A DNA stretch of 64,000 bases from Octopus bimaculoides. Lineage: Eukaryota. The translations under genes were made by a program, and so were the position numbers. The notes under the pieces are model-generated. The model saw only the letters and a program-made list of their open reading frames with translations, was not told the DNA's origin and searched no databases. Positions 60,560 through 64,000 of this stretch are shown here, one piece after another; within the stretch, counting starts at the first letter, position 1; the number at the start of each line of letters is the position of its first letter. Where the stretch lies: contig NC_068988.1 of assembly GCF_001194135.2 (NCBI RefSeq), positions 73,884,696-73,948,695 on the forward strand, in the 5' to 3' direction.

Positions 60560-60765
60560 TTCTACTATTGGTACAAAGCCTGGAATTTGAGGGGAGATGG
60601 CTAGTCCATTACATCAACCCCAGTGCTTAACTGGTGCTTATTTCATCGATCCTGAAAGGATGAAAGGCAAAGTTGACCTCAGTAAAATTTAAACTTAGAA
60701 CATGAAGACAGATGAAAGGCTGCTAAGCATTTTGCTTGGTGGGCTAACAATTCTGCCAGCTCGCT
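60560..60765 (-). mobile_element. CORE-domain SINE
   Basis: Reverse-complement match to 63172-63406. Confidence 0.75.
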
Positions 60766-61149
60766 GTCCTATATACACACTCACACACATATATGATATA
60801 TGAATTTGTTAGGTTTCCAACATCTATTTTTCCATGCTAATGTGGCTTAGACAGAAACTGATTTTGAGAGATGATTATCAGACCAGATGCTCTACCTGTC
60901 ACCAACCCTCAGCTGTTTTTCAGGCAATGGATCTTTTATATTCCAAAGATCTTCAAAAGCATAGACCAACTGGTTTTAATGTCAAGAGAGAATATAAATA
61001 TCAACATTATTTTACTGAAACAGTGAGGAGAAAATTGCAACATTCATGCACATTCAGACACATATTTTTACACATATGTGCACGTGCATACACACACAAA
61101 TATATTGTTTCAAATAATATATATTACATTATGCGGCATGTATATAATA

Positions 61150-62900
61150 TGTATAATAAATAAGGGAGTAGAAGAGGGTAGCTTAGCAGATCTTCAGGCA
61201 ATACCCAGGAGAGAATTCTGGTTACTGATGAGAGAAGAGAGCCACAGGAAGAAAAGGGTGACAGCTGCATTTGAAAGATTGCCCAATCGTGAGGTGCTGA
61301 AGTACACATACCCAAAGAAAAGGGAGCTGAAAATATTAATCAGTTTCAAATCATTTCTTTGTTCAATGTGGAGAGTAAGGTTTTCTTCAGCATTGTGTCT
61401 AAAAGACTCCAACTTCCTGCTGAACAATAAGTATATCAGTACAGAAGGGAGGCATATCAGGAATCTTTGGTTGCCTTGAACACACAGTATGGTGATGCAG
61501 CTCATCAGAGAGGCACAACAGGAAAGAGGAGACCTGGTTGTACCGTGGATGGATCTGACCAATGCCTATGGCTCAATACTACACAAGCTGGTTAAGTTGC
61601 ACTAAAGAGATACCAAGTACCCAACAAACTAAGACCTTATTAGGAACTACTACGGGAGAATCAGGCTGAGGGTTTCCTCTGGTCAACTGACATTTGAGTG
61701 GGACCAGCTAAATGGGAATAATCCCAATACCTCTCTGCAGATTTGACTAGCATTTCCATTGTTAATGCAAAGAGGGAAACGGATGCCTCACCTCAGTGTC
61801 CCTCTTTGCATTAGCAATGAACATGCTGGTCAAATTTGCAGAGAAGTATTGGGATCTCCTCAGCAAGACAAGGGTAGGGCAACTACTCATCAGAGCCTTC
61901 ATGGATGACTTTTCAGTGACAACAACAGTGCAGGTAGCCAAGTGGATCTTTTTGGTACTAAAGAAGTTTGTGGCATGGGCATGAATGAGTTTCAAATCTA
62001 CAAAGTCCTAGTACATAGTTTTGAAGAAAGGGAAAGTCATTAACAAGTTCCACTTCAAGGAATGAGGAGATTAGATCCTGTCTATCACAGGAAAACCAGG
62101 GAAAAGTCTTGGGAAGAACTTCAACTGCAGTTTGAAGGACATCAACTCAAGCTTACCAGCATGTAATCCTCCCAAGAATACTCTGGCCCCTGCTTTATGA
62201 AGTCTCTGTGACAGCAGTTGAGAGCTTAGAGCACATGGTGAGCAACCATCCTCATAGTTGGCCAGGTTTGCCTCACACTTTGAGTGTCATGGGTACACCA
62301 GTTCTAGGAATACCCAAGTGACTAGTGCAGGGATTGCAGTGACTATAGGATGTAGAAGGCAATCAGAGCAGTGTTGTAGGTAGCAGAGCTACTGAAACAC
62401 AAAGTCCTCCTTGGGAGAGTGGCACAGGGCAGGGTTGGATTTCAAAACACTACAACAACCCAATATGATAAGGCTAGCAGGAAGAAGATACAGAATCTGG
62501 TGCTTGAATGGCAGAAGAGTGGGCAAGCAGAGCAGTGGCAATGTGGAAACGGGGATGCTTCTGATCAAGTAGGAACAAGCAATGGAGTAGAATGTCACCT
62601 GGCAAGACATCTGGAAATGGAACTCACAGAGGATGAAGTTCTTGAAGGTCTATGATATCCTCTCCAGCCAATCCAACCTATTTACATGGGAGATAAGTGA
62701 AAACTGCCACATGCTCCATGTGTTCTTAGACAGGGATCCACAAGCACATCCAAAACAGCTGCTCCAAGGCTCTGAGTAAAGAATGCTATTGCTGGAGACA
62801 TGATGAAGTCCCCAATAAAACTGTTGAGGCAATCAATAAGGGGATCAGTGACAGCAATAATGCCAGTCCTGTGGCCTTAAGTCAGAGAAGAAAAAGTGGA
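61150..62900 (+). mobile_element. Decayed HERO-like (RLE-clade) non-LTR retrotransposon
   Basis: IPKEKGAENINQFQIISLFNVESKVFF, WMDLTNAYGS, LFALAMNMLVK, AFMDDFSVTT and C-terminal CHL..HVL motifs. Confidence 0.75.
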
Positions 62901-62929
62901 GAGGGCACTTGTCCTTGGTGTTCAAGATC

Positions 62930-63160
62930 TTGAGTGGTGGGGTTCCTCAATGGTCCTTAAAGGTCCCCCAGTATCAGGACCACATCACTATCACTTTTTT
63001 TTTTGACTGACATGCACTATGTATACTTATTTCTTCTGTTTTCATTTTATACTTTGCATACCTTTTAATTTCGTTCATTCAATGTAAATCCCCACACCTT
63101 TATCTACCTTTGTATCCCCTCCTTATCTGTTGTCCTGATGACAAATAAAAATCATCATTG
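62930..63160 (+). mobile_element. Tx1/L1 3'UTR fragment
   Basis: Resembles 63805-64000 and the reverse complement of 55500-55700. Ends in aataaa. Confidence 0.45.
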
Positions 63161-63171
63161 TTGTCATCATT

Positions 63172-63406
63172 ATTAAGGTGGCAAGTTGGCAGAACTGTTA
63201 GCACACTGGACAAAATACTGCCAAGCATTTTGTCCACTCTGATGAGTAGTCCTGAGTTCAAATTCTGCTGAGGCTGACTTTGCCTTTCATCCTTTTGGGG
63301 GTTGACAAAATAAGTACTAGTCAAATACTGGGGTAGATGTAATTGACTAGCCCCCTCCCCCCAAATTTCAGGCTTTGTGCCTATAACAAAAAGGATTGTT
63401 ATTATT
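63172..63406 (+). mobile_element. CORE-domain tRNA-SINE (full length)
   Basis: Head aaggtggcaagttggcaga...gagttcaaattc, CORE-like gactttgcctttcatccttttgggg, tail ggattgttattatt. Confidence 0.8.
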
Positions 63407-63574
63407 GCATGCAGAAACCATTCTGCATACACTTGCGCAGTGTATGAGTATTGCTGACTTATGGAGTTATGTTGAACAGCTCATATTGAGTGTAGAACGA
63501 ATCTGACAATAAGCTGAATCCATTGTCAGGATCACCTCACCACCCACCTTTAACAAGGTAGAGCAGGCAGTTTC

Positions 63575-64000
63575 CTCTGTCTAGTGGCTTTGGTGAAAGA
63601 AGTTGTGTGGTGGATGAGGCTGAAAGGATTGAGGAAAGACATCTTCCTTTTCAGTCAAGCTCTCATCGACTTTTTTATGTTCCACTTGAAAGAGAAAGTA
63701 AGGGTAGAAAGAGAAGTGCTACATCTCAGTGGATTTGTGAAAAGATGGATGACTGTGGCAAAAATGGTTACAGTGAATGGCCCTGTTATAAGTATGTGCC
63801 TGTAGATCAGAGAGCATGAGACAGGGTTTGCACCTTTGGTGGTCAGGATAATCCTGGACCTGTAGGGTTCCTTGATTGACCCTAGTTGGAGTTTCTCTTG
63901 TATCAGGAGGACTGTATCATTCATGTTATCACATACTTTGTATACTATGTATACTTCTATTGCATTTCACTATCTTTTCCATTTCTTTCTCCCTATCCTT
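63575..64000 (+). mobile_element. Tx1/L1 ORF2 C-terminus and 3'UTR
   Basis: ORF 63584-63805 ALVKEVVWWMRLKG...FHLKEKVRVERE...FVKRW. Confidence 0.7.

Noticed and set aside
2177-60590. Long ORFs (200-394 aa) made mostly of X
   Set aside because: They are artefacts of translating N-gaps.

Overview
AT-rich, microsatellite-dense eukaryotic genomic DNA with 13 N-gaps. The repeat content and gene family point to an octopus/coleoid cephalopod draft assembly (inference). The only intact host-type coding sequences are two paralogous single-exon-CDS tandem C2H2 zinc-finger genes on the + strand (15855-17015, 12 fingers; 39513-40895, 14 finger motifs). They share a ~45-aa N-terminal peptide, a conserved non-coding leader and decayed fingers after the stop. 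Most of the rest is transposon-derived: RTE, CR1, Tx1/L1, R4/Dong-like, HERO-like and Penelope-like retroelements, pogo/Tigger and mariner remnants, Helitron/HINE pieces and several SINE families. The most notable structures are (1) a non-coding LTR retroelement (30129-33868) with both LTRs, a tRNA-Trp PBS, a PPT, a 4-bp TSD and a tandemly reiterated LTR-end/PBS junction, (2) a same-family inverted LTR across a CpG/E-box/CCAAT/E2F promoter-like island, (3) a canonical minimal type I hammerhead ribozyme (20671-20729) plus degenerate relatives, (4) a 276-bp fold-back, and (5) two back-to-back Tigger remnants joined at a 24-bp palindrome. All family assignments are by-eye motif recognition without database searches, and element boundaries are approximate unless a terminal motif is quoted.
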